Source: Camelus ferus (taxonomy: Eukaryota). Taken from it: DNA of 64,000 nucleotides. The stretch is taken from positions 46,192,001 to 46,256,000 of the forward strand of contig NC_045696.1 of NCBI RefSeq assembly GCF_009834535.1, given 5' to 3'. The translations under genes were made by a program, and so were the position numbers. The notes beneath the pieces were generated by a model. It was given only the letters and a program-made list of their open reading frames with translations. It ran no database searches and had not been told where the DNA came from. This document shows, one piece after another, positions 14,060 through 28,804 of this stretch. Each line of letters opens with the position of its first letter. The stretch's first letter is position 1.

Positions 14060-15316
14060 TGGGAGGCAGGGAAAGATGGCCCATCAACAGGTCTCCAAAT
14101 TACAACACCATTTTACAAGAGGACTGCTATGCCAGAGACAAAAGAAATGGGATGAAGTCCCCTGTGTCCAGGTTTTTATGGCCTGCTATTAGAACTAAGG
14201 CCTTCAAAAGGGATGTGGGTTCTCCCCCACTGACTGAGGTAATATACCTATATTTGGGCCACGGGCCGGAGGGCCCACTACGAGAAGTAGGACTAATTAC
14301 CAGCCAGGGTCCAACAACCTGCCAGGAAAAGTACTCCCTTTAAGGCAAGTCCCCGATGGAGGAGGAAAGCCCATCCATGTACACATCCCGTTTACCACTT
14401 CTGACCCGTATAACTGGAACACTCACAGTAAGGGGTTGAGGGAAGATCCAGAGGGGTACCTGAAACTGACTAAGAGAATCTTTCAGACTCAGGAACCCAC
14501 CCGGGCTGACATCCAGAGCCTCCTCAAAGTACTTCTAACAGGGGAAGAAAAGGCTACAATCTTTTCAAAATTCCAAGAAAAAGCAAACAAAGAGAACAGA
14601 AACAATGCAGGTTATGCTATTTTCAGACTGGGGAATCAAGCAGTCCTAGATAACGAACCCAACTGGGACCAGTTAGACAATGGAGAAGGGGGTGAAAGAC
14701 AGAGGCTGACCCGTTATAAAAGTATGATCCTAAAGAGAATCCAGACAGCAGGACAGAAACCTGTCAACTGGAATAAGATACAGGAAATCAATCAGAAGCC
14801 AACAGAAAATCCTTAGCATTAGAGCACCTCAGGGAATGCCTCTGTATCTACCACCACTGACCCTGAGTCATTGGAAGGGAATGCAATCTGGAGGTAGCAT
14901 TTCATTTCCCAAAATTCCCCCAATACTAGGCATGAACATCAGAACCTGGACATAGAACCAGAAACCCCTACCTCTCACCTGGTGGAGGTTTCCTACTGGG
15001 TGTTTAATAACCAATATATAGAGGAGGAAAAGTCAGAGGCTGAAAAGGCCCAGAGGCAAACCCACCTCCTGGCTGTTGCCCTCCAGTGTAGACCATTCAG
15101 CACAGGAATCTGGACTAAATGCCCAGAGAAAGCCTCCATTCTGGTAACTGAACCCTGACCCCCACCAAGGGATAGCAAACCAAAAAAACTGGGACCCAAT
15201 CAGTGAGCCAGATGTAAATAAGAGGGACACTGGAAGAGAGAATGCCCTCGCTGCCCCCGAAGGAGGACAGAAATGGCAGATCTCGAAGACAGCTAGTCCA
15301 AAGAGATGACGAATGA
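14060..15316 (+). pseudogene. ERV gag, disrupted
   Basis: MA-like 'NYNTILQ', capsid start 'HIPFTTSDPYNW', ORF 14436-14816 ending 'KPVNWNKIQEINQKPTENP', zinc knuckle 'Q*ARCK*EGHWKREC' at 15201-15245, TGA at 15314. Confidence 0.9.
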
Positions 15317-16367
15317 CAGGGCCAGGGGTTTCTAAGCTGGCACTCCAACTGACCCTGGAGGAGACCTGGCTGACACTGGACATAGAGGCAAACCTGTCAA
15401 ACCCTTGGTTGACACTGGTGCCACTTACTTGGTTCTGAACACTGAGGCAAACTCAATCACAAGAGGTGTAAAATTATGGGGCTATCAGGGAAGGGCCAAG
15501 AACAGGCATTCATAGAGCCATCAGAATTTAAACTGAGTGAACATATGCTCTCCCATTCCTTCCTTATGTCCCCGAATGCCCTATATCTCTACTAGGAAGA
15601 GATATCTTACATAAATTGGGGGCTACTATCCACCTAATAAGAAACAAATTGGAGACTGGCATCCCCTTAGACAAAGGGGCCAAGGTGATAATGTTAATGG
15701 CTGAGGAAAAACCTCCCTGGACAGAGCAAGTTGTTATCCCTGGAGCAAATCTCGAGTAAATCATGGACAAGGGGGACAAGTTGTAGGAGCCAGTCCTGGG
15801 ATAGTCCATCTAAAACCTGGACGTAATGGCCCAACAGAAAACAATATCCTCTCCCTCGGGAGGCCTTGTTGGGTATTGCCCCTGTTATACAGGCCTAATT
15901 GGCCAGGGCCTTATCAGACCATACCAGCCAGCTGGTAATCCCCTCTTTCTCCCTGTAAAGAAACCCAATGGGGAATACCAGATGGTACAGGGCTCAGGGC
16001 AGTCAGTGAAGCCACCTGGGATATACATCCAGTAGTCTCTAATCCCTACACCCTGCTGGCCACCCTACCATCTACTAAAACCTGGTAATCTGTGTTAGAT
16101 TTAAAAGATACCTTCTTCTGTATTCCATTAGTCCCAGAGTCACAAGAAATTTTGGCGTTTGAGTGTCCAGACATTCAAACAAACATTCAACAAAAACAAC
16201 AGTTCTGCCAGACAGTCCTGCCCCAAGGGTTCAAAAATTCCTGCACCATCTTTGGGGGAAACTAACTAAAGACCTAAAAGATACACACATATCTTTATAT
16301 ATACATTTCTCTTTCTATATATATATATATACATCTTTTAGGTCTGTAGTATGTAGACAACATTTTG
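15317..16367 (+). pseudogene. ERV protease and N-terminal reverse transcriptase, disrupted and truncated
   Basis: LVDTGA (DTG at 15411-15419), LLGRDILHKLGA, LPVKKPNGEYQMVQ, NPYTLL, LDLKDTFFCIP, VLPQGFKNS, and YVDN (decayed YVDD) at 16350-16361. Confidence 0.92.
16282..16333. repeat. TA-rich microsatellite inside RT
   Basis: 'atacacacatatctttatatatacatttctctttctatatatatatatatac' between LPQG and YVDN. Confidence 0.8.
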
Positions 16368-16796
16368 AACCCTTCTCTGTCCCGAAGCTTCTCTTCCAAA
16401 AGCAACAAACATGTGACCAGGTATTCACACCACAGCAGTGAGCCTCAGCATCAGGAAACACCTGTGCCTACAGGCCAAAGACCAGATACTTGCATTTTTA
16501 GGAAAAATTTGACATGTGACCATTATTCTCTTGTTATTCGAGCCATGTATCTTAAATTATCTGGTGTCCTTCTTCTCTGAAAGGTTAGACAAATGGTGGT
16601 GGCTCAGGGATGCCAACAGTCAGGGCTGAGGCCTGAGGACAAGCAAACACATCTAAAGGCAGCTGGGAGAAGTCCCGCTCCTCCTCCCGGGGTTTTGACG
16701 ATGCCCAGCCTCGGCAGGAAGCAGTTACAGCAGACAGACCTGCACCCTCAGAGCCCCTCAAGAATGAGGAGCAGGACAAAAGCCAGAGGAGGGGTT

Positions 16797-17323
16797 TGTC
16801 ACCAGCAAAGCCCATTAACAATGCCTGGGGAATAAAAATGCAATCTGGGTAATAAAATAAAGTCTAACCTTTTTTCTTTCCTTTGTGGTTTGTCTAATTT
16901 CACTTGCTCACAGGGCGCCGCGTGCAGAGGCCTCGCACCCAGCACATCATACTAGGGTTCCTTCTGTGAAACGGCTGCGCGGACACCTCAGCCCGGCGGG
17001 CTGTGTGCAGAAGCCGGCACACGACACTGCAATTCAAGATGGCGGCGGCGGGCCACGTGCGGAGACGCTGCGCAGGCACTTTGACCTGCACCGGGAGAGC
17101 TCCGCTCCCCTCCCTGCTAACAAGATCCCTACACAGCAGCCCCGCCCACGGCCTCTGGTTGGGGAGAGCGTCTGCTCTAGAGCAGGAGCCCCCACCTCGC
17201 CAGTCTGTGACTAGAGCAGCAGCTTTCCTTTGCTTCTGAACCAACTTGATCTTATTCTATTGGATCAAAAGACACAGGGCAGGAGGACCCTTGTTGGGGC
17301 CCAACTGGAAAGGGTCCTTAACA
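16797..17323 (+). mobile_element. 3' LTR of the ERV1 provirus (CpG-rich)
   Basis: Preceded by PPT 'agaggagggg'; starts TGTCACC, ends CTTAACA followed by GAAC; alignable end to end with the 5' LTR. Confidence 0.9.
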
Positions 17324-20300
17324 GAACTCCAGCCCTGGGTTGATGCCACTTTCCTTGACTCATGCTTCTCAGTAGAAATGAGGCACATAGCACTATGTAA
17401 ATATTTATTGAAAGCCTAGGGGGATAAAGCAGACACCAGTGAAGAACAAACCAGAGCCCCTGCCTTCATGGTATACATAGCCTGGAAGACTCTTCTTACT
17501 TTCATCAGCCCAGATCTCACCTACTCTTAAAGGCTCTCCCTGGAACCATTCCCAAGCCACTGCATTCCACGGTCCTCCCCTCCTTTGACCCCCAATAACC
17601 AATGGCCTTCACTCTTAACACTTCACATGTTCCAAGTTCTGGGGCCAAACTACCTAAAAACTACCACACCCCTTAGAAGCAAAACACCCACAAAACAGAT
17701 ACTGGAGCCAGAATAATCCTACTCTTACTGTCAGGAATTTTAACCTGAGGTACCGTTTATACTATCCATAAATGCCTGCGGGGGCAGAGGAGAAGAGGGA
17801 GGTCGCTGAACCACCGAAAATTACGTGAAAAATTTTATGTACATACTGTTTCCTACGGAAGCATGTGAAGCTTTCACAGGATTTTTAAAGCAATACTGGA
17901 GCCAAAAAAGTTTAAGATCTCCTGTTTTACTAGGTTTTAAGCAGTTATGTCACTTTTTCAATTATAACAGTTTTGAGCCTGGGCATCCATTTTATTTCAG
18001 CTCTAATTTCTAACAACAATGTGATTTCCAGAAACATCTTCTTTTTTCTCTTTGAGTGCCATGGAAAAATTTAAATTGAAAGTCCAGTGGAGGTTATCAT
18101 AAAGATTTTTACCTATTTTAATATGGAAATTGCCTGAGGGCTTAAGCCAGCTTGCTATCATTTTTATACTACATCATGGAGGAGAAACTGGTACCTAAAT
18201 AGAATGAGTGGTAATTAATTCTCACAAGTCACAGTGAGAATCATAGCCATAAGTGCCAAAAGCTGAAGCTGAAAATTATTGAAATATGTGAATAAAACTG
18301 TCTTGTCACTCTCCATTTCTGTCATTTGATACTTACATTACATTCAGACCACCAGAAAGGGACCTCAAATTTCCAGAAAGAAATGCCCCCTCCCCCCAAA
18401 AAAACCCCTCAATCTTATATTTAAACATTACTAAATACCTTTTATACTCTAGTTGGCTTTTGGCATACCAGAAATACCTGCAGCACACTGTTTCTTGATG
18501 GGGCGGGGCCAGGGGTGGGGTGGAGAGCCTTCTACAAATATTTAAAACAATCACTAAATTCTTTTTTCTTTAGATCATAGTTGTAAAAGCCTAGGTAGAG
18601 AAGGAAGTGAAAAAACTTTAGTTTATGATTGCCTTTGGGCATTTTCTGTTTTGCGTGTAATCAGAGTGTGTAAGGAGAAAGAACACATTTGGAAAGTTAA
18701 ATAAGATATTCGTAATCCAAACCAGTGCAGGAGAAAGGAGGCAGATAGCTTTAAACAGAGAAAGGAAATGATTCTAAAAATCAAACTCCTAAAGAAAAAA
18801 CACTGCAGAAACAGTGCATAATAATAATAGTTTGGGGTTCTTGAATAAGAGGTATTATATAAGCTAAAAAAATTGGATGTGACAGAAATTTTCATGTTAA
18901 CCCTTATGACAGTCCTTCAGTGTCAGCACATGGCATTGTTGCTGTTCTCACTCTACAGATGAGTAAAACAGAATGGGACGTGATATGCCCAAGACAGACA
19001 GAGTGCAGATAGAAGGAAACAGAGCCAAGGGATAAATACATATTACTTCACAGAGATATTGTTGCAAATTCCCTCAGAAACATAAAATCCCATAATAAGA
19101 GATGTCTTTCAAGGTGAGTACTACTAAGGAAAGACAGTGCAATCTTTCACATTATAATCTTTCAAACTTTAAACTTAAAAAGAAGATAGGTCCTTGGATG
19201 TTGTAATCCAAAGTACTATAAAGCATCATTATAACTGAACACTAAAACACTAAAACAGAGTTGTTGTTTTTTTTATTAAAATAGGGCTGTACTAATATAT
19301 TAACAGACCCAAATAAGACAAGGCTGCAAACTACACAATACTCATAACTCAAAGTGAGAAAACTATCATTCTTCAGTTTTCACTTTATGACTTCCAGATT
19401 TGCTCACATTTTAAATCTCTATTTTATTTTCTATGTGATCACTATGTATTCCATATGTTTTAACTTTGGGGGTTCCCTAAATGAAGTACACAGCAATGCA
19501 GGAACAAGACAGAAAGTTAACACTGGGCTGTACTTATCAGATAATGATTTTCAAAAAGACCTGCTAAATTATATAAATTCAGTGAAACAGAGATGTTTAA
19601 AGACTAACTCACTGAATTTATTCACCAGTTCCATTAAAGGAAGGTGAATGGTTAAGCAAAAACACTTCTCTTTTGCTTTCTCTTCCTTTTTCGAGTCATT
19701 TATTTTTATGGCTACATCAATTGTGCACATCAGGACTTACAAAGCACTACAAAAAGAGTGTCAATCATAAGCTAAAGGGAGCAGAGTTTTAAAGGTAATA
19801 TCAGAGAAGGAAAACCAAGAGGTGAGGTTGAGAATTACAGACACTAAGCAACCTTATATAATATATTACCAGAGAGAGTCAAGCATAACAGAAAGAACTA
19901 GAGGAAGATGACAGGGAGGAGAGATTACATAAAATACTAATGTGCCCCCAGGGTTCTGGAACTAAATGGTGAAGAGTATGTCTAGATAAGCTGGAGAGAG
20001 TTCATTGTAAATTTGGAGTTCAGAGTATAAGATGACATGAATAAAGAGATAAGTGCCTGAGTACCCACGATGATGACAAATGCATTTGCAGGCATTCCCG
20101 CAGGGGCTTGGAGAATACACTGATTACCTGTGGTTCCCTGGAGGCCTGAAAAACTTAATATGCCACAGAGGGGGAGTATGCTGGCTACCTTAGTCACCCC
20201 TAGGATCAGTGCCATTAATACCAGTGCTGCTCCCATCATTTGCTGGGCTCTCTCTTCTCCATGCCATAGCTTTTTCCAGGTTCATTACCTCCATCCTACC

Positions 20301-22924
20301 TGATCTCAGTTTACCTCTCCTGCCACTTAACTGCTTCAGGTCTTTAGGGAAGCAATTATTAAATCCCTGTCCCAAAATGCTAAATGATCCCTCAGGAACT
20401 GACAAGAGTTATCCCATAGATTCCCTTTATGAAGCAAGCAATATGTTCCCTAGCCACCCACAGAAATAAGCTCAGGAGAGACCTAACGTATACCTTAACA
20501 ATCATCCACAAGTGTATGCATGTGTTCATTTATTTATTCATTCATTCACTGAGGGAAAATGTACTGAGCACCAATTATATGTTAAGCTTTGTGACACTGG
20601 AGGTGTAGAGTTGAAAAACAAGTCTCGCCCCTCAAGGAGTGCCCAGTCTAGAGGGGAGGTAGGCACACCAGTGACAATACAGTACGCCAATCGCTGCTGG
20701 GTAGGGACTCAGAACATGTCAGTAGTGCTGGTAAGAATACATGGAGAATCAGAACAGGACAGGACAAGGAAAGCATTACCTGGATGTCTCCTAAAGGATG
20801 AGTAGAAGTTTGATTGGAGGGGATCCCAGAAAGGCACCACACAACTTTATAGTGAAAAAGTAAATTGTCATTAGCAAGTTTCATTTCATTATAGTGTTCT
20901 TCTAATCCAAATGCTTTACCTGCATCTGTAGATTTTGAACAGTGAGCATCACATGCTTTATGTCTTGGTCATATGATGGTAGTAAGGCCTCTTTGTTCAA
21001 ATAGGGGAATGAAAAGCAGAGTAAGAGAGGGAGAGCAGAACTAAAGTTTAAAACTCTTAACTATTTCTTCTTTCATTTGAAAGGAGAGTTAGAAAATGGT
21101 CAATGAGGAGTAGGAAAAGGGTTTACAGATATTGAGCACTTTAATTCTCAAAACCATTCTATGAAATAGGTGCTGTTATTATCCCATTTTACAGCCTCAT
21201 GAGAAGTTAGAAACCTAACAGCACAGAGTTAGTAAATGGGAGAACCTTGAACTATAATCTTTCTGGCTCCAAATACCATTACTGAAAAAGCCTGTCTCCT
21301 GGAGGACATATTTCCCTGGTAAGAGTCAGTGGCTAGGCTCCATTCTGCAGTGTTATTTTCATCCTAAATGGCTCCATACCCCTGGCAGGAACTGGAAGAG
21401 AGGGAGTCAGCTCATTTCTCATTATTCATTCACGTGCTGACTACTCTCACAACATCATGGAAATCAAAAGGCTTACCCCCAATACAGCTTTTCACTGTCC
21501 AACAAGCCCCAAATAGACTGAGGCTCCTTTCATTAACATTTTTACAGAAATAACTAGAAACTCACATAAATTTATGTCTGCATCAAACCTACCAGATTAA
21601 TTTTTGTTTTAGAAAAATAATCAGTATTCATGAATATTCTTAGTTGAAAATGTTTAAGTCTGTCATTTTTCATTATAGTTGTTATACTTTCACTACAAGG
21701 CAAAAATAGCCTCTAAATGTTAATTTTTACCTACTTGAATTAGAGATCATTCAATTTCTGAAGTCTTCACAAATTAATACATCAAATTGCTTTGATAAAT
21801 AACCAAATAAACCTTTAGTTTTTTCATACTTCTAAAAAATTTAATCAAAATAAGTTTTTTTTGTATATAGTGTGATTTTTTTTTCTAAAAAAATGAAATT
21901 ATCTGTTTCTGAGTTGACAAATGCATATTTTGGTCATGTTTGTATGTGTGGCAGTAGGGGGAAAAAATGGACCCTGGAGCCAGAACGTATGGATCTGAAA
22001 TTTGACTATCCATTTTTTTAGCAGGAAAATTACTTGACTTCTCTGGATTTCAGTTTAATAAGCTAATATTTAGAACAATGTCTGGTATACTCTCAGTAAC
22101 AGTTACCTGTTATTAACCCAGAGAGAGTAATTGCTACAAGCAATCCTTCTAATTTAATTGGGAATTTCTGTAAAGCAAGAATACCTAATCTACAAATTGC
22201 CTCCAAATGTAATGAAATTTTAACACTAAATTTAACAATTAATGAAGATGATATAATAGTACACTTCGGAGACATTTAATTAAACATTTATTGTTTCAAT
22301 CTTGCAGCTTTTAGTATTCTGAGACCATTTGCTTTTCTTTCCAATCTCAAATATTTATTTTTATTGGCCCTTGAAATTTCATAGGCCCTAAGCACTGTGT
22401 CTGTAGTGCTTGATGGATAGAATGGCCTTGGCCAAAGTAAATGGGACAGCTTTGAACGCTACCTTTTCTGGCTCTAAATACCATTTCTGTGATAGTCTGC
22501 CTCCTGGAGAACATTTTTTCTCAGCAAGAGTTTGGAAAGGCTTCTAGAAGTTTTGGAAAGGTTACTAAACAGGGATTCAAAGATAGGACAGTAAAGAAAA
22601 ATCCCAGATATCATTGATGAGACAAAATTCTTAAATTACTTTTACCTAAATTCGGAGTTTATACCAAAACCTAGGCCTAAGTTGGCCCTGCAATTAGGCG
22701 TAAATAGGAGAAAGAGTGATTTAGTAGAGGACTGGAACTGGTACTGATCCAAGAAGGAATATCCTCTTCAATAGAGTGAGACTGTCCCTTGACTGGCATT
22801 TCCCAATATACAAAACAGACAAAATATTTAATATTTCAAAGGATTTGGATTTCACATACTATTGTTCAGAAAAATCTTAAGAAGAAACATGAAAAATGTA
22901 TGATGTCATTTTAAAACTTTAAGG

Positions 22925-24277
22925 CAGTGGTTCTCAAAGTGTGGTATACAATGGACCATGAGGGCAAAAGTATTTCAAAATAGTATTAGAACACTATCTT
23001 CTTCACTGTGTTGATATTTGCATTTTCCAAATTGCATTGCAAGAGCAACGGTGGGTAAAACTGATACCTTAGCACAAGCCAAGGCAATGGCACTTAACTG
23101 TACCAATAGTGATTGTATTTTTCACCCCCACTGATTCAGAGAAAAAAAAAAAAAAGAATGCATACAAGAAAAAGCCAGTCTTAGCTCTAGAATGTCCTTG
23201 ATTAAGCAGTAAAAAAAAATTTTTATTAAATCTCCACGTTCAGTAGCTCTTTTTAATACTAAGCGTGACATAATGAGAACTACACATAAAGCACTTCTGC
23301 TGCTTACAGAAGTATCATAGTTGTCTCCAGGAAAAGGACCTATCTGAGTTACAAACTAAAGTAGCTGCTTTTTTCATGGAACATCATTTTCACTTGAAAA
23401 AAAACTGGCAGAAAACTATGGTTTTCATATTTGGGTATTTGGCAAGCATTTTTGCAAAAAAAATTTTTTTAATGTATGTAGGGAGCATGTCACTTTAAGG
23501 AAAATAACTAACAAGCTTAATACATTTCCAGCTTTTCAAGATAAAGTTAGAATTTTGGAAAATTTTATCTGCCACCTTGGGCTTGGCCTCTTCCCAATAC
23601 TCAAAGACTTTTCTGGTGAGATTGGTGGTGATATTAATGAACATGATATTTTTGATATTACATAATAAGATGAATTACCATTTGGAAGATGTGCATTTCA
23701 GTGAATCATTATTTTCCAAATGACCAATGCATGATATTAAATATCTATACAAAATGGAAGATAGATCTGTGAATTGTAATGTAACGATATTAACCTGGTT
23801 TAAGATTATATATTGCACTTAACTTCTAATCAATTATCATTGGTCGAGTAGCAAAGAAAGCAAGCCTCAGTTATCTGAAATGGCCATTAAAATACTCTCT
23901 CCATTTACATAGCTCTATGAGGCCATATTTTCTTCATATACTTCAAACAAAACAACAAATCACAACAGATACAATGCAGAAGCAGATATGACAATCCAGG
24001 TGTCTTCTATTAATCCAGGTATTTAAAACATTTGCAAATATATAAATAATGACACTCTTTTCACTATTTTTTTCTTTTGGAAAAGTATTTTTTCATAACA
24101 ATATGTCATTTATGTTAACATGTAATGGGTTTTTTAAATAAATCAATATCTTAAATCTTCCTTAGTTTTAATTTCTATTATGGATTATCAATTGATATAA
24201 CTCACATAAACAAAAGTTCTGGAGTCCTCAATTTTTACTAGTGAAAAAGAGTCCTGTGACCAAAAATTTTGAAAGGT
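22925..24277. mobile_element. hAT-Charlie DNA transposon (Charlie1a-like)
   Basis: Starts CAGTGGTTCTCAAAGTGTGGT; about 1.35 kb of Charlie1-like text; ends 'gagtcctgtgaccaaaaattttgaaag'. Confidence 0.8.
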
Positions 24278-24568
24278 TAAATGTATTCTAAGCCAGCAGC
24301 CATTGTGACATCAGCATCAGGTCAGCTTATGAAGGATTCCATGCAATTGACAGTTATTTCACAGCACTCTCCAGCTGGACCACCCTATAAGAGGCTAACT
24401 GTCAAAGAGTGCCCACTGTTGCCCTTGATACTCTCCATAAGGCGTTCTAGGATGTTACCAGGAAAGACACCCAACAAATAGTAAGAGAAAGACCATTTCA
24501 TTCTGACATTGCTCCTTTCTTTGATTTTGGTCAGGTTTCCCAACACCTTGCCTCTTGTTTCATTATGA

Positions 24569-25558
<990 letters not shown>

Positions 25559-25585
25559 AGTAATTTTCTGCTTTGCTTGGTACAA

Positions 25586-25591
25586 AATAAA
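25586..25591 (+). terminator. Polyadenylation signal of CCDC54
   Basis: AATAAA 28 nt after the TAG stop. Confidence 0.7.
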
Positions 25592-28500
25592 TGTAACTTG
25601 GCCATTCCAAGCATTCAGACATCTTTGTGGTTGCTGTGAACTCCTTGGTAGTTAGCTCACTGTGGGTAGCAGACCCACAGCAGTCTGTGAAATTTCTGTA
25701 CACCTATGGTAAGTTGAGGCATATCACCCCATTGGACAATTGTGATACACTGTCAAGTTTCCTGTTTTCTCAAAGGCAAAATTTATGAGGACTCTTTCAG
25801 TGCCTATTTCATTTATATGTGGAAGCAAAGAATAAAGCAGTCAAAGGAATGAGAAACACATTTGGTAGCTCCCAGGTCAGTTTTCTATGCACTTTTGTCC
25901 CAGTGGCCTCTGCAGATAAGATTTGTGATACCACAGACAGACTCTACTAACTAAATTTTAAATAGCATGGAGTGAAAAAGATACTCACTGTCAAGTCTAC
26001 TGAAGTTAGAGCTACAAAAATGAAAGGCACTGAAAGGACAAGTTATTACCAGGAAAATTCATTCCAAAAATGGGATTTTTCTTTCAACTTCATCTCTATC
26101 AAATAATTGAAAAGGAGGGGAAAGCCAAATATGGTATTGGGTATTTTTTTACATTTTCATAAAATGAAATAAATACCTTGTCTCACAGGTTTGATAGAGA
26201 GGAAAAGGGAAAATCTGAGGAGGGATTTGTGAGCTAAGTTAAATCTCAACACTGTACCACCATAGATTCTTGTATGGCAAAGTGTTTTTCTTGGATCAAC
26301 CATATAATACATTACCGAGGTGGGCTTCATTTTTGGACATAATAGGTGGTTGCCATTGTAATGTAGTTTTTTCTAAATAATTATACAAATTAACTGCAAA
26401 AAAAAAATTTCCTTCAACACTTATCTCAGTAAAGGAAATCTACCAACAGAGAGTCATATATTGTTAAATTACAAATATTCTTGGCAAACATATTATTTCA
26501 AACTATACTCAGTTAATAATTTGAAAGGAGGGCTTTGGCAATTAGCTGAGAACAACCCAGCTTCAAATGAGGAAAAAGGAACTAAGATGAGCACTGAGGA
26601 AAACTAAGGGAGGAGTAGGATGTCTGGGGCCAGTCTGGTAATAACGATACAACTTTTTCATTTCCAAATGCATTGTATTTGATCCTTCTTTACAAATTTA
26701 CAGATATGTACATAAATAACTTAAAATATGTGATGGGGCAGCATGGATGATACTATCACATACCTACTTAAAGCAGGGCTATCTATTAAATGGGTTTGTT
26801 TTAAATGGATTGACAGTGCTAATGAAGTAAAGCATTATTCCGGCAAAGGCACCAGCAGTCTCTGCTCATTGTCTCTATTGACTATCAGAGATATCCATAG
26901 AGAACAGCCAGCGTTCTAGCTCGGCACATTGGCTGTGGCCATCACATCAGAGTAACTAGGGAAGGTCAGCCATGACACAGGCAAATGACACCACAAGTGG
27001 CTTCTGGGAGAGTAAAAAGTGACTCAGGCAGAATTTGCCTGGGTCATCTGAGCCTCATTGATGCACACTTTCACTTTGTCTCCCCTATCTGCCCCCTTAT
27101 CACCTGCTAAATGTTTCTAGAGAAGCACAGAGTTCAGGGTGAGAGCTGGGAATCAAAAGACCCTAGTTCTGAGCAGTCATATACACGTACAAGTTTTATC
27201 ATTTCATCTCAACTTTTCAACTAGCTTTGTTTTGTCATCATTTTATTAATGTAGTAAATATTTCTTAAGTGTTTGCTCATAGCAAGGGATAGTGGAGGGT
27301 AAAAGAAAAAGTAGGAGACATGTACTATAGACACACAACATCGAATGGGACGAACAAAACGTGTGCACAACTCTAAGGTTCGACAGATAGGGACAGGAAG
27401 CAAAGAGCAATGTAAAAAGTGCTCGTGCTATCAGAGGAGAAAGAGGGTTGATGAGCCCTGTAGTAAGAAGGTAAGGAGAGGAGGAGGTGGTGAGGACAGT
27501 GACAAGGCAGAAAGAAAAACAAACAAGAGCACAGGAGCGGGGCCGGTAGGGAACATGGGAAATAAAAGCCACCAAGCATTTTATAAACGTAAAGTACTGA
27601 CAGGCTATTATTTCAACTTTTTTATGGATCTGATTTTTCCATTCAGGGATCACTACCATGTTCATTTTAACCTGTTTTTTACCAACATAAGAATGTTAAG
27701 AGGAAGAGAAAGTGAGAGAGACACTACAGGATTTTCTCAGAATCTCCTACTTTCCCTAAAAATGACTGTTGGTCCTGTTCTTTCACCTATGCTCCCTGTG
27801 AGGAAAGAGGATTTTCCTCCTGAGTCAATGATGTACTATTATCACCTACACGAGATCTCATGTGACTCATTAAAATTATAACTCAATGTGTAATACATGT
27901 CAAGAAATCATTTTTCCCCAGTTCTTGCTTTCAAATTCACCTCGTCTCACCCTACTCATCTTCATCCTACCTGGCTCAGAGGAAATGATGTCTCTCTTAT
28001 CCACATTCCTCCTCAGGGGGTTTGCAGGGTCGTCATCAGTTAGTCCTCTTCTTTCCTCCATCTTAATCTCCACCTTCCAGTTCTTTATACTCAGCTTACA
28101 AAAGTGTATGTTTGCTTTGTCTCTGTTTTCCCCTCCCCTCTTGCTAATCTCTCATCATCCTCTTTGAATAAGAAGCCCACTCCCCATGCCGAAGTCCACA
28201 TCTCCTACTCTTTCCACAGCTCTTAGAATCATGTCTTCCACACTGTCTCTTCTGGTCCTCTTCTCATCACTCTGGCAGAGCCTTCTCAATTTCTTTGATG
28301 ATTCTTCTGCCACTGACTGTTACCTTAAAATACTGATGCTTCACTTCAATCACTCCCAAATCAAAGGACCCCTAACCCAGCCTCTCCTGGGACATCCTGA
28401 GCTTTCCAAATGACTACTTATCTTCTCCACTTGGATGTGTACAGCAGTCTCAAATTCTTGACTTTCTAAGATTAACCTTAATAATTCTTTCTTCTTCTGA

Positions 28501-28804
28501 CTCAAACCCATTTCTCTTCCAGTGTCCTTTTTGTTAATGGCATCACAATGCAAGCTATCCACATCACCAAACTGGAAACTACTGTCATCGTCTCTCTTAC
28601 TTGATGTATTAATCATCAGATCTTTCCCTATTTATCTTCCAGTGATTCATGGAATCCATCCTCTATCTTTGTCCCCACTTCTGTTTTGGTTAAAGCCATA
28701 ATATCTCTGTGTGAATGAAAAGTTTTTCTTCTTGGTATCCCAGCTTCCACAATGTCCATAATCCAATTCTGATAGGGTAATTTTTATGGAAGAAAGATAG
28801 TTTC

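Larger units (their letters stand above)
12119..17323 (+). mobile_element. Defective ERV1 (gammaretrovirus-like) provirus: LTR-PBS-gag-pro-partial RT-(deletion)-PPT-LTR
   Basis: Two homologous LTRs, 4-bp TSD GAAC (12115-12118 and 17324-17327), PBS, gag/pro/RT motifs, purine tract before the 3' LTR. Confidence 0.93.

Noticed and set aside
16585..17244. Cluster of 78-114-aa ORFs on both strands
   Set aside because: They arise from the GC-rich 3' LTR; no protein motifs.
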